Origin: Bdellovibrionales bacterium
GTDB taxonomy: Bacteria; Bdellovibrionota; Bdellovibrionia; Bdellovibrionales; UBA1609
Direction of reading: 5' to 3'
Assembly: GCA_022450595.1 (NCBI GenBank)
Contig: JAKUPT010000010.1
Location: 1 to 60,186, forward strand
Length of the DNA: 60,186 bases
Shown here: positions 1 through 7,568 of the stretch, in pieces
Layout of the letters: each line of letters starts with the position of its first letter
Position numbering within the stretch: position 1 is the stretch's first letter
Notes under the pieces: generated by a model
What the model was told of the DNA's origin: nothing
The model's database searches: none
What the model saw: only the letters and a program-made list of their open reading frames with translations
Program-made: the position numbers and the translations under genes

Positions 1-1381
1 CAGATGACATTTTGAGTTCAAAACTTGAGTCATCTTTAAAATCCACCTCTACAAAGTGATGAGTTTGATCTTTACCTACAACTTGTGTGGAGTTGGGGTA
101 ACGTGACCAGTGAGAGGGCTCAAGGGCTCCATGAAGAGCACCTGTGGTGATCTCATAGGTCTTTGCATGAAGTTCTGGAATGTCGAGCTTTGACACTTCA
201 AATAGCTTACGAGATGAACTTGCAAACACCACCGGGCTTTCAATTTTATTCACTAGACTTAAAAACTTTTTATAAGACAAAGGGTGACTGCGTCTGAGTG
301 TGGACCAAGGGTGGTAGTTGGCAAAAAATCCTGTGGAAGACAAAAACCAGGTGCTTTGTTGGGTTTTTAAAGCCATTTCTTCCGCCCACTCTAATTGATC
401 TTCTCCAAAGTGGGACTGATTTTTGTTGTAAGCTGCGTCTTTGGTTCTAAAAGATCTGGCGTCTAAAAAGAAAAAGTTATTTCCAGCAAAGTTTAAGTAA
501 TAACTGTTAGCTGGGCCTGTATAAAAGTGACCTTTAATTTCCTGTTGTGGGTAGAAGGCTTTAAAGGTTTTTAAGCTCTCTTTTTTAAACTCAAAATCTG
601 AGCCCACACTTGAAAGGCCGTAGTCTTCTTCCCCCCAAAGGGCAACCACAGGGATCAGGTTGTCTTGATAGTAAAAATCAAGGTTTTGACGTGTTTCAGT
701 GTATCTGTGCCAAATTAAATCCGGATGGGTGGTTTTAAGTGGCAGCTTATCAATCTCATTTGCAATCACCCCGCCGCCTAAAATAAAAATGTAATCAGGT
801 TTTTTACTATAAATCTGAGCCCAGGCTTTGTGTTGCTCCTTTTTAAAATGATCATCTAAGTTTGAGACCATCACCACTTTTGGTTTTTCCTCTTTAAGCT
901 CACGGACTTTAAAGTTTCTCAAGTCAATCAGTTGACCCACTTGGTTGTAAACAATAAGCTGTAACTCTTTATTGACCTCAAGGCCTTCAAAGCGCAGGTT
1001 TTCAGCCTTCCAAGAGGAGTTTTTATTTCTATAGGTGTCTTTGTCTTCAAGTTTATAATTAAAACCCGTTTTTGGATCTAATACTGTGTAATATAATTTT
1101 TGCTGCGAAAGTGACATCACATTAAACTGAGCGGTGCCTGAATGGCTGGGCCCTTGAAGTATGGAGAGCTTTTGAGTTTTTTGATTTTTTTTAGGTTTTA
1201 AAAACCAACAGGCCATACTGGAGCTTTGATTTAAGCAAAGCTGACTGAGCTGATTCTCACGCTCTAAGCTTTTAGGTTTAGTGTTTTCTAAAATGCGATC
1301 CAGCTGCTCGCCACTGTTTTGAATGCCTGTTGAGGCACAACCTGCCATGATTAGACCTAAAATAATTACATGTATTTTCAA
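1..1381 (-). CDS. PhoD-like (alkaline phosphatase D family) lipoprotein with degenerate active site; runs off the window edge
   Basis: Not in the ORF track. Manual translation from TTG at 1381 (RBS AAGGGGG) is open to position 1: MKIHVIILGLIMAGC lipobox, then PDYIFILGGGV, LIPVVALWGEEDYG, FFFLDARSFR, FGEDQLEW, VVFASSSRK and YEITTG, in the PhoD motif order. Confidence 0.8.
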   Translation of the reverse strand, partial: MKIHVIILGLIMAGCASTGIQNSGEQLDRILENTKPKSLERENQLSQLCLNQSSSMACWFLKPKKNQKTQKLSILQGPSHSGTAQFNVMSLSQQKLYYTVLDPKTGFNYKLEDKDTYRNKNSSWKAENLRFEGLEVNKELQLIVYNQVGQLIDLRNFKVRELKEEKPKVVMVSNLDDHFKKEQHKAWAQIYSKKPDYIFILGGGVIANEIDKLPLKTTHPDLIWHRYTETRQNLDFYYQDNLIPVVALWGEEDYGLSSVGSDFEFKKESLKTFKAFYPQQEIKGHFYTGPANSYYLNFAGNNFFFLDARSFRTKDAAYNKNQSHFGEDQLEWAEEMALKTQQSTWFLSSTGFFANYHPWSTLRRSHPLSYKKFLSLVNKIESPVVFASSSRKLFEVSKLDIPELHAKTYEITTGALHGALEPSHWSRYPNSTQVVGKDQTHHFVEVDFKDDSSFELKMSS

Positions 1382-1563
1382 ACTATAGCCCCCTTAAATG
1401 ACTCTATCTATTTTGATGAAAAAAGAGAGCTACCGCAAAGGGGAAAGGTAAATTCAGATCTAAGCCTTAGTGCCTATGTCAGGTTTTCATACAGTTTGAG
1501 AATTTTTTTTATTTTGCTCAGATTTTCAACAATTTTTAAAGCTTTAAGTCTAGTATGACTCTG

Positions 1564-1704
1564 ATGAGGATTTTGGTGTTCTATTTTATCATATTCTATG
1601 TGGCCTTCGTATGGGTGATTCGCCCGTCGACAGAAATATATAACAAACAAGAGTTGAATCAACTGTTGGAGTTTGTGGCTCCAGCTTCACATATGGATTA
1701 CTAA
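1564..1704 (+). CDS. Small membrane protein (46 aa, single N-terminal TM helix)
   Basis: Manual translation MRILVFYFIIFYVAFVWVIRPSTEIYNKQELNQLLEFVAPASHMDY*. The stop lies 4 bp from the convergent stop at 1709. An alternative in-frame ATG is at 1555. Confidence 0.5.
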   Translation: MRILVFYFIIFYVAFVWVIRPSTEIYNKQELNQLLEFVAPASHMDY

Positions 1705-1708
1705 ATTA

Positions 1709-4405
1709 TTATTCAACAACAAGAGTTGGAATATTGATATTGGGCTTGAAACCACTTTGAGCATTATTATTTTCCCCCCAACAAAATAGCTTTTCACTAT
1801 CTATACCGCAGGTGTGATAACTACCTAAGGCAATGGTATTCCAAGCGTTTGAATTGCCGATTTTTTGTGGGACCTCAATATCACTTGTTGATCCGCTGCC
1901 ATTTCCGATCTGACTATAATAGTCTTCTCCCCAGCAAAATAGCTCGCCATTATCAATACCACAACTATGTCCACCACCTGTAGAAATCATACTCCAAGTG
2001 TTTGAACTGCCGATTTTTTGTGGGGCCTCAATATCACTTGTCGAGACATTTCCATTGCCAATTTGACCATTATAGTCTTGCCCCCAACAAAACAGCTCGC
2101 CATTATCAATGCCACAGGTGTGAGAGTTGCCAGCAGAAATTGCAGTCCATGTGTTTGAGCTGCCAATCTTTTGTGGAGCTTCGACATCACTTGTAGTGCC
2201 ACTCCCATTGCCTATTTGCCCAGTAGAGTCCTCTCCCCAACAATACAGTTCACCATTATCAATGCCACAAGTGTGAAATTCATTTGAAGAAATCATACTC
2301 CAAGTGTTCGAGCTGCCAATTTTTTGTGGGGCTTCCACATCACCTGTGAAGCCGCTGCCATTTCCGAGTTGGCCAGCAAAGTCCATACCCCAACAGTAAA
2401 GCTCCCCATTGTCAATACCACAAGTGTGTCCGTTGCCTGTAGAAATCTTACTCCAAGTGTTAGAGCTGCCGATTTTTTGTGGGGATAAAACATCATCAGT
2501 CCAGCCACTGCCATTACCAACTTGACCACTAGAATCTCTTCCCCAACAGTACAGTTCGCCATTATCAATGCCACAGGTGTGAGAGTTACCTGTAGAAATT
2601 GCAGTCCACGTGTTAGATTCGTTAATTTTTTGTGGTACTGGTATATTACCACTGAAGCTACTACCAATTCCTAGTTTTCCAAAACCATTACTACCCCAAC
2701 AGTACAGTTCACCCTTGTCAATGCCACAGGTGTAAGAATCACCAGTGGAAATTATATCCCATGTCTTTGAGTCGCCTACAATTTTTGGGGCATCAATGGA
2801 GCTTGTTGCTTTGCTGCTGTTACCGAGCTGTCCATTATTGTTTCGGCCCCAACAATAGAGTTCATTGTTTTTTATGCCACATGTATGAGTATTACCTGCA
2901 GCAATCATTAACCAATTAGTTGAAGCTCCTAGTCTTGTTGGGGTTTCTACATTGCCTATGGAGGAGTAACCATTACCTAATTGACCAAAATTATCTCCCC
3001 CCCAACAGAAGAGCTCACCATTATCAATACCGCAGGTGTGATAACTACCTAAGGCAATAGCACTCCATGCGTTTGAACTGCCGATTTTTTGCGGAGCTTC
3101 GATATCACTTGTAGATCCACTGCCATTACCTAATCTACCATCACTATCTGCTCCCCAGCAATAAAGCTCACCGTTATCAATGCCACAAGTGTGAGAGCGG
3201 CCTGCTGCAATAGTGCTCCACATGCTTGAGCTGCCAATCTTTTGTGGAGCTTCTATTGCACTTGTACTTCCACTGCCATTACCTATTTGCCCCCTGAAGT
3301 CTACTCCCCAACAAAAAAGCTCACCGTTATCAATGCCACAGGTGTGATAACTACCTAAGGCAATATCACTCCAAGTGTTTGAACTGCCAATCTTTTGTGG
3401 AGTCTCTACATTACTTGAAGAGCCACTGCCATTGCCGACTTGACCATAATTATCTCGTCCCCAACAAAAAAGCTCACCGTTATCAATGCCGCAGGTGTGA
3501 TAACTACCTGAGGCAATAGCATTCCAAGTGCTTGAGCTGCCGATTTTTTGTGCAGATAAAACATCATTAGTCGAGCCACTGCCATTACCAATCTGACCAT
3601 CATTATCAGTCCCCCAGCAGTAAAGTTCGCCACTAGCTATAGCACATGTATGAGAGTTTCCTGTGGAAATTTTATTAAATACTTTTTTTGATTCATAAGC
3701 TCGTAAGTCTAAAAACACATTATCAATATTAGGTTTAAGATTTTTAACAGAAAAACCATAATAAGCTGTATTTGAAAAACTAGAGGAGCTTGGAATGCTA
3801 AAGCTCAGGTCTACTTTATTTGCGCCCTTGACGGCACTGATTTTCCCTTTTGTAGAATATTCTAAGAACGGAAGGGGTGTATCTTCTTGACTAAATAGTT
3901 CGTATTCAACATCTGCTTTAAAAGGTAAAGGCTCAGAAAACTCTACACTGATCTGCTTAGTGTTTCCACCTTTTTGAACAGCTATAGCTTTTTCACTAAA
4001 ACTGTAAGTAATGGCATTGGACCCAGTTATTGTGATTATTTCACTCACTTTAGTTTTTGAACCTTGACTGACTTGCACTTGGTAAGAGCAAGTTGAGGAG
4101 AGCTCAAGCATTGCTTTTACCCCACTAATCACTCCCGTGGTGGAGTCAATACTAAGACCTGTGCAAGTGTTATTAATTAATTGAAATTCAGGGGTTAAAG
4201 AATAAGTTGAAAGTGAACTAGAGCCTGGTGTGTAGTCCACACTGGGTTTACAGTAATAACTTAAATTAACAGGAGCTTTTTCTGAACAGTTAGGATTTAA
4301 TATAAGCTGCTCTTTCTTTTCCAGTGAATCGAACACTGCCGTGCAGCCCATAAAACTAAAGGCAATAATTAGTATAAATGATCTTTTCAAAAAACATACG
4401 GCCAT
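1709..4405 (-). CDS. RCC1/BLIP-II-like beta-propeller repeat lipoprotein (13 x 51-aa repeats) with N-terminal Ig-like domains
   Basis: 13 copies of HTCGIDNGELxCWG..GQxG; lipobox FMGC. Start moved from 4423 to ATG 4405 because a sigma28-like promoter overlaps 4423. Confidence 0.85.
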   Translation of the reverse strand: MAVCFLKRSFILIIAFSFMGCTAVFDSLEKKEQLILNPNCSEKAPVNLSYYCKPSVDYTPGSSSLSTYSLTPEFQLINNTCTGLSIDSTTGVISGVKAMLELSSTCSYQVQVSQGSKTKVSEIITITGSNAITYSFSEKAIAVQKGGNTKQISVEFSEPLPFKADVEYELFSQEDTPLPFLEYSTKGKISAVKGANKVDLSFSIPSSSSFSNTAYYGFSVKNLKPNIDNVFLDLRAYESKKVFNKISTGNSHTCAIASGELYCWGTDNDGQIGNGSGSTNDVLSAQKIGSSSTWNAIASGSYHTCGIDNGELFCWGRDNYGQVGNGSGSSSNVETPQKIGSSNTWSDIALGSYHTCGIDNGELFCWGVDFRGQIGNGSGSTSAIEAPQKIGSSSMWSTIAAGRSHTCGIDNGELYCWGADSDGRLGNGSGSTSDIEAPQKIGSSNAWSAIALGSYHTCGIDNGELFCWGGDNFGQLGNGYSSIGNVETPTRLGASTNWLMIAAGNTHTCGIKNNELYCWGRNNNGQLGNSSKATSSIDAPKIVGDSKTWDIISTGDSYTCGIDKGELYCWGSNGFGKLGIGSSFSGNIPVPQKINESNTWTAISTGNSHTCGIDNGELYCWGRDSSGQVGNGSGWTDDVLSPQKIGSSNTWSKISTGNGHTCGIDNGELYCWGMDFAGQLGNGSGFTGDVEAPQKIGSSNTWSMISSNEFHTCGIDNGELYCWGEDSTGQIGNGSGTTSDVEAPQKIGSSNTWTAISAGNSHTCGIDNGELFCWGQDYNGQIGNGNVSTSDIEAPQKIGSSNTWSMISTGGGHSCGIDNGELFCWGEDYYSQIGNGSGSTSDIEVPQKIGNSNAWNTIALGSYHTCGIDSEKLFCWGENNNAQSGFKPNINIPTLVVE

Positions 4406-4413
4406 CAAATGAG

Positions 4414-4441
4414 TTATCGACATTTTTTAGTTAATTATTAA
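4414..4441 (-). promoter_or_regulatory. sigma28 (FliA)-like promoter
   Basis: TTAA-N16-GTCGATAA on the minus strand upstream of the RCC1-repeat gene. Confidence 0.55.
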
Positions 4442-4466
4442 GATTTAGGCCTAGTTCAAAAATGGT

Positions 4467-4483
4467 TGTATTAAATTGAGACA
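4467..4483. promoter_or_regulatory. 17-bp imperfect palindrome (TGTCTCAA-N-TTGAGACA family) between divergent promoters
   Basis: TGTATTAAATTGAGACA; related boxes at 11069, 17498, 22986 and 45942. Confidence 0.5.
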
Positions 4484-4488
4484 AAGCC

Positions 4489-4516
4489 TCAACTTTCGCC
4501 TGTATCATGACGATAT
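4489..4516 (+). promoter_or_regulatory. sigma28 (FliA)-like promoter
   Basis: TCAA-N16-GACGATAT upstream of the S8 protease. Confidence 0.5.
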
Positions 4517-4540
4517 AGATTTCAACAAAAGGCGTGAGTT

Positions 4541-6082
4541 TTGAGAGTTTCTATTTATTATTTACTAATACTTCCTATTGTGTTTTTGCCTGTGGTTTTT
4601 AACTCCTGTGCAAAAAAACTAAGTATTGATAAAGAGATTTTATATTCTAAAAGCTCTTGTCCAAAACCTGAAAACATTGATCCCATATCACCGACAAGCA
4701 ACAAAATGTCTGCTGCTGCTCAAACGGCTTTTCAAAACTCAAAACTTCAAATTGACCAGGCCTCACATCAAAGTTTTGGCCAGCAAAAACTGACTCAAAA
4801 TGTATTACCAGAAGGTTATAAGCTGTCTCTTATTTTTAAATCTAAATGTTTAAAGATTAATAACTCTAATGTTGCTGATTACTTTAATTTAAATCTTTTA
4901 GACGAGTTAGATAGTTATAAGAACTCCTTTGCTGTGAACTTAAATTTACCACAAAGCATTGATGTGAATGAACTCTCAGAATTATTAAACTCTGATGAGT
5001 GTGTGATGGGGGCCAGTACGAATAAAAAGTACAGTTCGCAATCCCTCCCCTTTTCAGACCCGTACTTTGAAAACCAAAAGCCTTATTTTGATAGCATTGA
5101 GCATGTGCAGGCTTTAGATAAAGTTATAAATTCAGAGGAACTTTCCGGTGCTCTTAATCAAAGTGTGAAAATCGCAGTACTTGATACCGGGGTTGATTAC
5201 AATCATCCTGATTTAAAAAACAATGTGATTCAATTAAACTCAGGTCAGTGGGGCTATAGAGCAAGCTCTGGCTCTGTTGTGGCCGGCGACCCCATGGATC
5301 GCTCCGCAGATGGGCACGGAACTCACGTGGCTGGCATTATTGGCGGTTTAGCCGGCAATGCTGAGGGCGGTACAGGCCTTGCCTACTTTGCTAAAATTTT
5401 AGCCGTGAATGTGTTTGATGATCATGATCAGGGTTATTACGCTTTATCTTCTGATGTGTATAACGGTATTCAAAGAGCCATACAAGAAAATGTGGATATT
5501 ATAAACTTATCTGTTGGGCAGTTCTCAGAAAGCCACAAAGGTGATGCTTCCTATATGCAGGGGCTTTTAGATGCCATCGCCAACAACATACTTGTTGTTA
5601 CAGTGATTGGGAATGACATGGGTGAGTATAACACAGCACAGGTTGATGGAGTGAACTTGACTGTAATTCCAGGAATCTATGGGGCCGCCATGGACGGAGT
5701 TATTACAGTAGCCAGTGTAGATGCAAAGACGAACACACTAAGTAACTTTTCCCTTTATAGTCAGGTTTATGCTGAGATTGCAGCACCAGGGTCTGTTGGA
5801 GAAGGCTCTGCGGACGGCATATACTCAACCACGAAGTCAAATTCATCTTCTGTTCCTTACGGATATATGAAAGGCACATCTATGGCAGCTCCTGTGGTGT
5901 CCTCGGTGGCAGGGCTTGCAGTGGCCATTTTAAAGCATAAAGGACAGGCTTACAGTGTTAAAAACTTAGAGGATCTTTTAAAAATGACGGCTCATAGAAG
6001 TTATAAATTAGATTGTAAAGTTCGAGACAATCAAATTTTGAATTCATTGAATTTGGTAGAATATTTAGAGAGTATTAATTAA
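4541..6082 (+). CDS. S8 subtilisin-family serine protease, lipoprotein
   Basis: Catalytic triad motifs VLDTG, HGTHVAG and GTSMAAP; N-terminal VFNSC lipobox-like sequence. Confidence 0.92.
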   Translation: MRVSIYYLLILPIVFLPVVFNSCAKKLSIDKEILYSKSSCPKPENIDPISPTSNKMSAAAQTAFQNSKLQIDQASHQSFGQQKLTQNVLPEGYKLSLIFKSKCLKINNSNVADYFNLNLLDELDSYKNSFAVNLNLPQSIDVNELSELLNSDECVMGASTNKKYSSQSLPFSDPYFENQKPYFDSIEHVQALDKVINSEELSGALNQSVKIAVLDTGVDYNHPDLKNNVIQLNSGQWGYRASSGSVVAGDPMDRSADGHGTHVAGIIGGLAGNAEGGTGLAYFAKILAVNVFDDHDQGYYALSSDVYNGIQRAIQENVDIINLSVGQFSESHKGDASYMQGLLDAIANNILVVTVIGNDMGEYNTAQVDGVNLTVIPGIYGAAMDGVITVASVDAKTNTLSNFSLYSQVYAEIAAPGSVGEGSADGIYSTTKSNSSSVPYGYMKGTSMAAPVVSSVAGLAVAILKHKGQAYSVKNLEDLLKMTAHRSYKLDCKVRDNQILNSLNLVEYLESIN

Positions 6083-6140
6083 TAAATCAGACAAAACAAT
6101 AGTCAGCTGACTAAATGAATATAAAATACACTTGGTATTC

Positions 6141-6536
6141 TTAAATTAACTTTTCAACAAACTGATCTAGATAATAAAGACGCCCACCCACAAGCTCCAC
6201 ATTTGGAATTTTGCCTTTTAAATGATTTAAGATAAAATCTAAAATATCAGCTTCAGAAATAACGGTACTAGCTTTAAACTCATTGAGGTCTTTTTTTAGA
6301 TTTTTATGATCTAAAAGCCCAATTGTTTGTTTTAAAAAAGGCTTTACGTCAGTGAGATTCACCACAAGGCCTGTTTTTGGATCAATGGAGCCTTTTAAAA
6401 ACACCTCAAAGGTGAAGTTGTGCCCGTAGCCCACAGGGTTATTTTCTGTGTACAAATAGCTACAAGAAAAGGCTATTTTGCGTCTTAATATAAGAGAGGA
6501 AGAATTGGACTCGCTCATAGTCTCAGTTGCTAACAT
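6141..6536 (-). CDS. 6-pyruvoyl-tetrahydropterin synthase/QueD-fold protein, degenerate
   Basis: GHNFTFEVFLKGSIDPKTGLVVNL and LDHKNL are typical of PTPS, but two Zn-binding His residues appear to be replaced by Tyr. Confidence 0.75.
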   Translation of the reverse strand: MLATETMSESNSSSLILRRKIAFSCSYLYTENNPVGYGHNFTFEVFLKGSIDPKTGLVVNLTDVKPFLKQTIGLLDHKNLKKDLNEFKASTVISEADILDFILNHLKGKIPNVELVGGRLYYLDQFVEKLI

Positions 6537-6595
6537 GGGTATTGACTAAAGTCCACTAAGCTAGAATAATATTATTAATGTGAGGGATTTGTCTG

Positions 6596-7564
6596 GTGTT
6601 TAATAAATTAGGTCCAACAGTTATATTAATTACGGGTGTTGCTATTGGTTATGGTTTTAACCACTTTATCAGTGTGGTTGATACTCCTGCTGATCAAACT
6701 GAGAAAAAAGTTGTTGAAAAGCCTCAACCAAAACCGCAAAAGCCAAAAAAGTCGCCTGAAGAGATTTTAATGGCGGACACTCAAAAGTATTGCAATGAGA
6801 ATTTAAATAAGATTCCAGGTCAATTTGCAGCCGATCACTTAAAAAGTATCTGTGAAAAGGTAAAGATTCTTCCCAACTGCACAAGTGTTGAAGGCGACCC
6901 AATCTTTCACATGGAAAAAGAGGGAGTTTCAAAGCGTGGTAAACGCATTTTAGCTTTGTCCTTGATTCATGGAGATGAGTTTCCTTCAGGAACAGTCGCA
7001 TTAAAATGGATGTCACGACTGCTAGATATAGATTCTAGAAATACTTGGCGCGTGATCCCTATTGCCAACCCAGATGGCTGGAAAAAAGGCACTCGGATGA
7101 ATATAAACGGTTTGGATTTAAACCGCAACTTTCCCACCAATGACTGGGATGATATGGCTTTGGATCGTTGGAAGAATCAAAAAAAGTCTGATCCAAGACG
7201 CTACCCCGGGCCTGGTGGTGGCAGTGAGCCTGAAACCAAATGTTTAATTAGCCACATACAACAGTTTAAACCAGACTTTATTATCTCAGTTCATACCCCT
7301 TATGGCATTCTAGATTTTGATGGGCCAGAAATTGATGCCCCTCACTTCTACCCGCTTCAATGGCGCAGGTTTGGAAACTTCCCAGGCAGTCTTGGAAGAT
7401 ACATGTGGAAAGACCGACAAGTGCCTGTGCTAACCATTGAGCTTAAAGGAAATGATGCCATCACTAAACTTGAAGAACTTGATAAGCTTCAAGACATCAC
7501 AGGGCTTGTGGCTATCCGTGCTGATGAAAAGCTCTCTGATAGTGAAAAAAAAAGTAACAACTAA
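6596..7564 (+). CDS. M14 zinc carboxypeptidase (MpaA-like murein peptide amidase) with N-terminal membrane anchor
   Basis: HGDE, NPDG, R-x-N..G-x-DLNRNF, SEPET and SVH motifs. Confidence 0.85.
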   Translation: MFNKLGPTVILITGVAIGYGFNHFISVVDTPADQTEKKVVEKPQPKPQKPKKSPEEILMADTQKYCNENLNKIPGQFAADHLKSICEKVKILPNCTSVEGDPIFHMEKEGVSKRGKRILALSLIHGDEFPSGTVALKWMSRLLDIDSRNTWRVIPIANPDGWKKGTRMNINGLDLNRNFPTNDWDDMALDRWKNQKKSDPRRYPGPGGGSEPETKCLISHIQQFKPDFIISVHTPYGILDFDGPEIDAPHFYPLQWRRFGNFPGSLGRYMWKDRQVPVLTIELKGNDAITKLEELDKLQDITGLVAIRADEKLSDSEKKSNN

Positions 7565-7568
7565 TCTA

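Noticed and set aside
1370-1662. ORF-track calls 1370-1558(+) and 1474-1662(-)
   Set aside because: No recognisable motifs or start signals; they overlap the PhoD-like start or the more plausible 1564-1704 microprotein.
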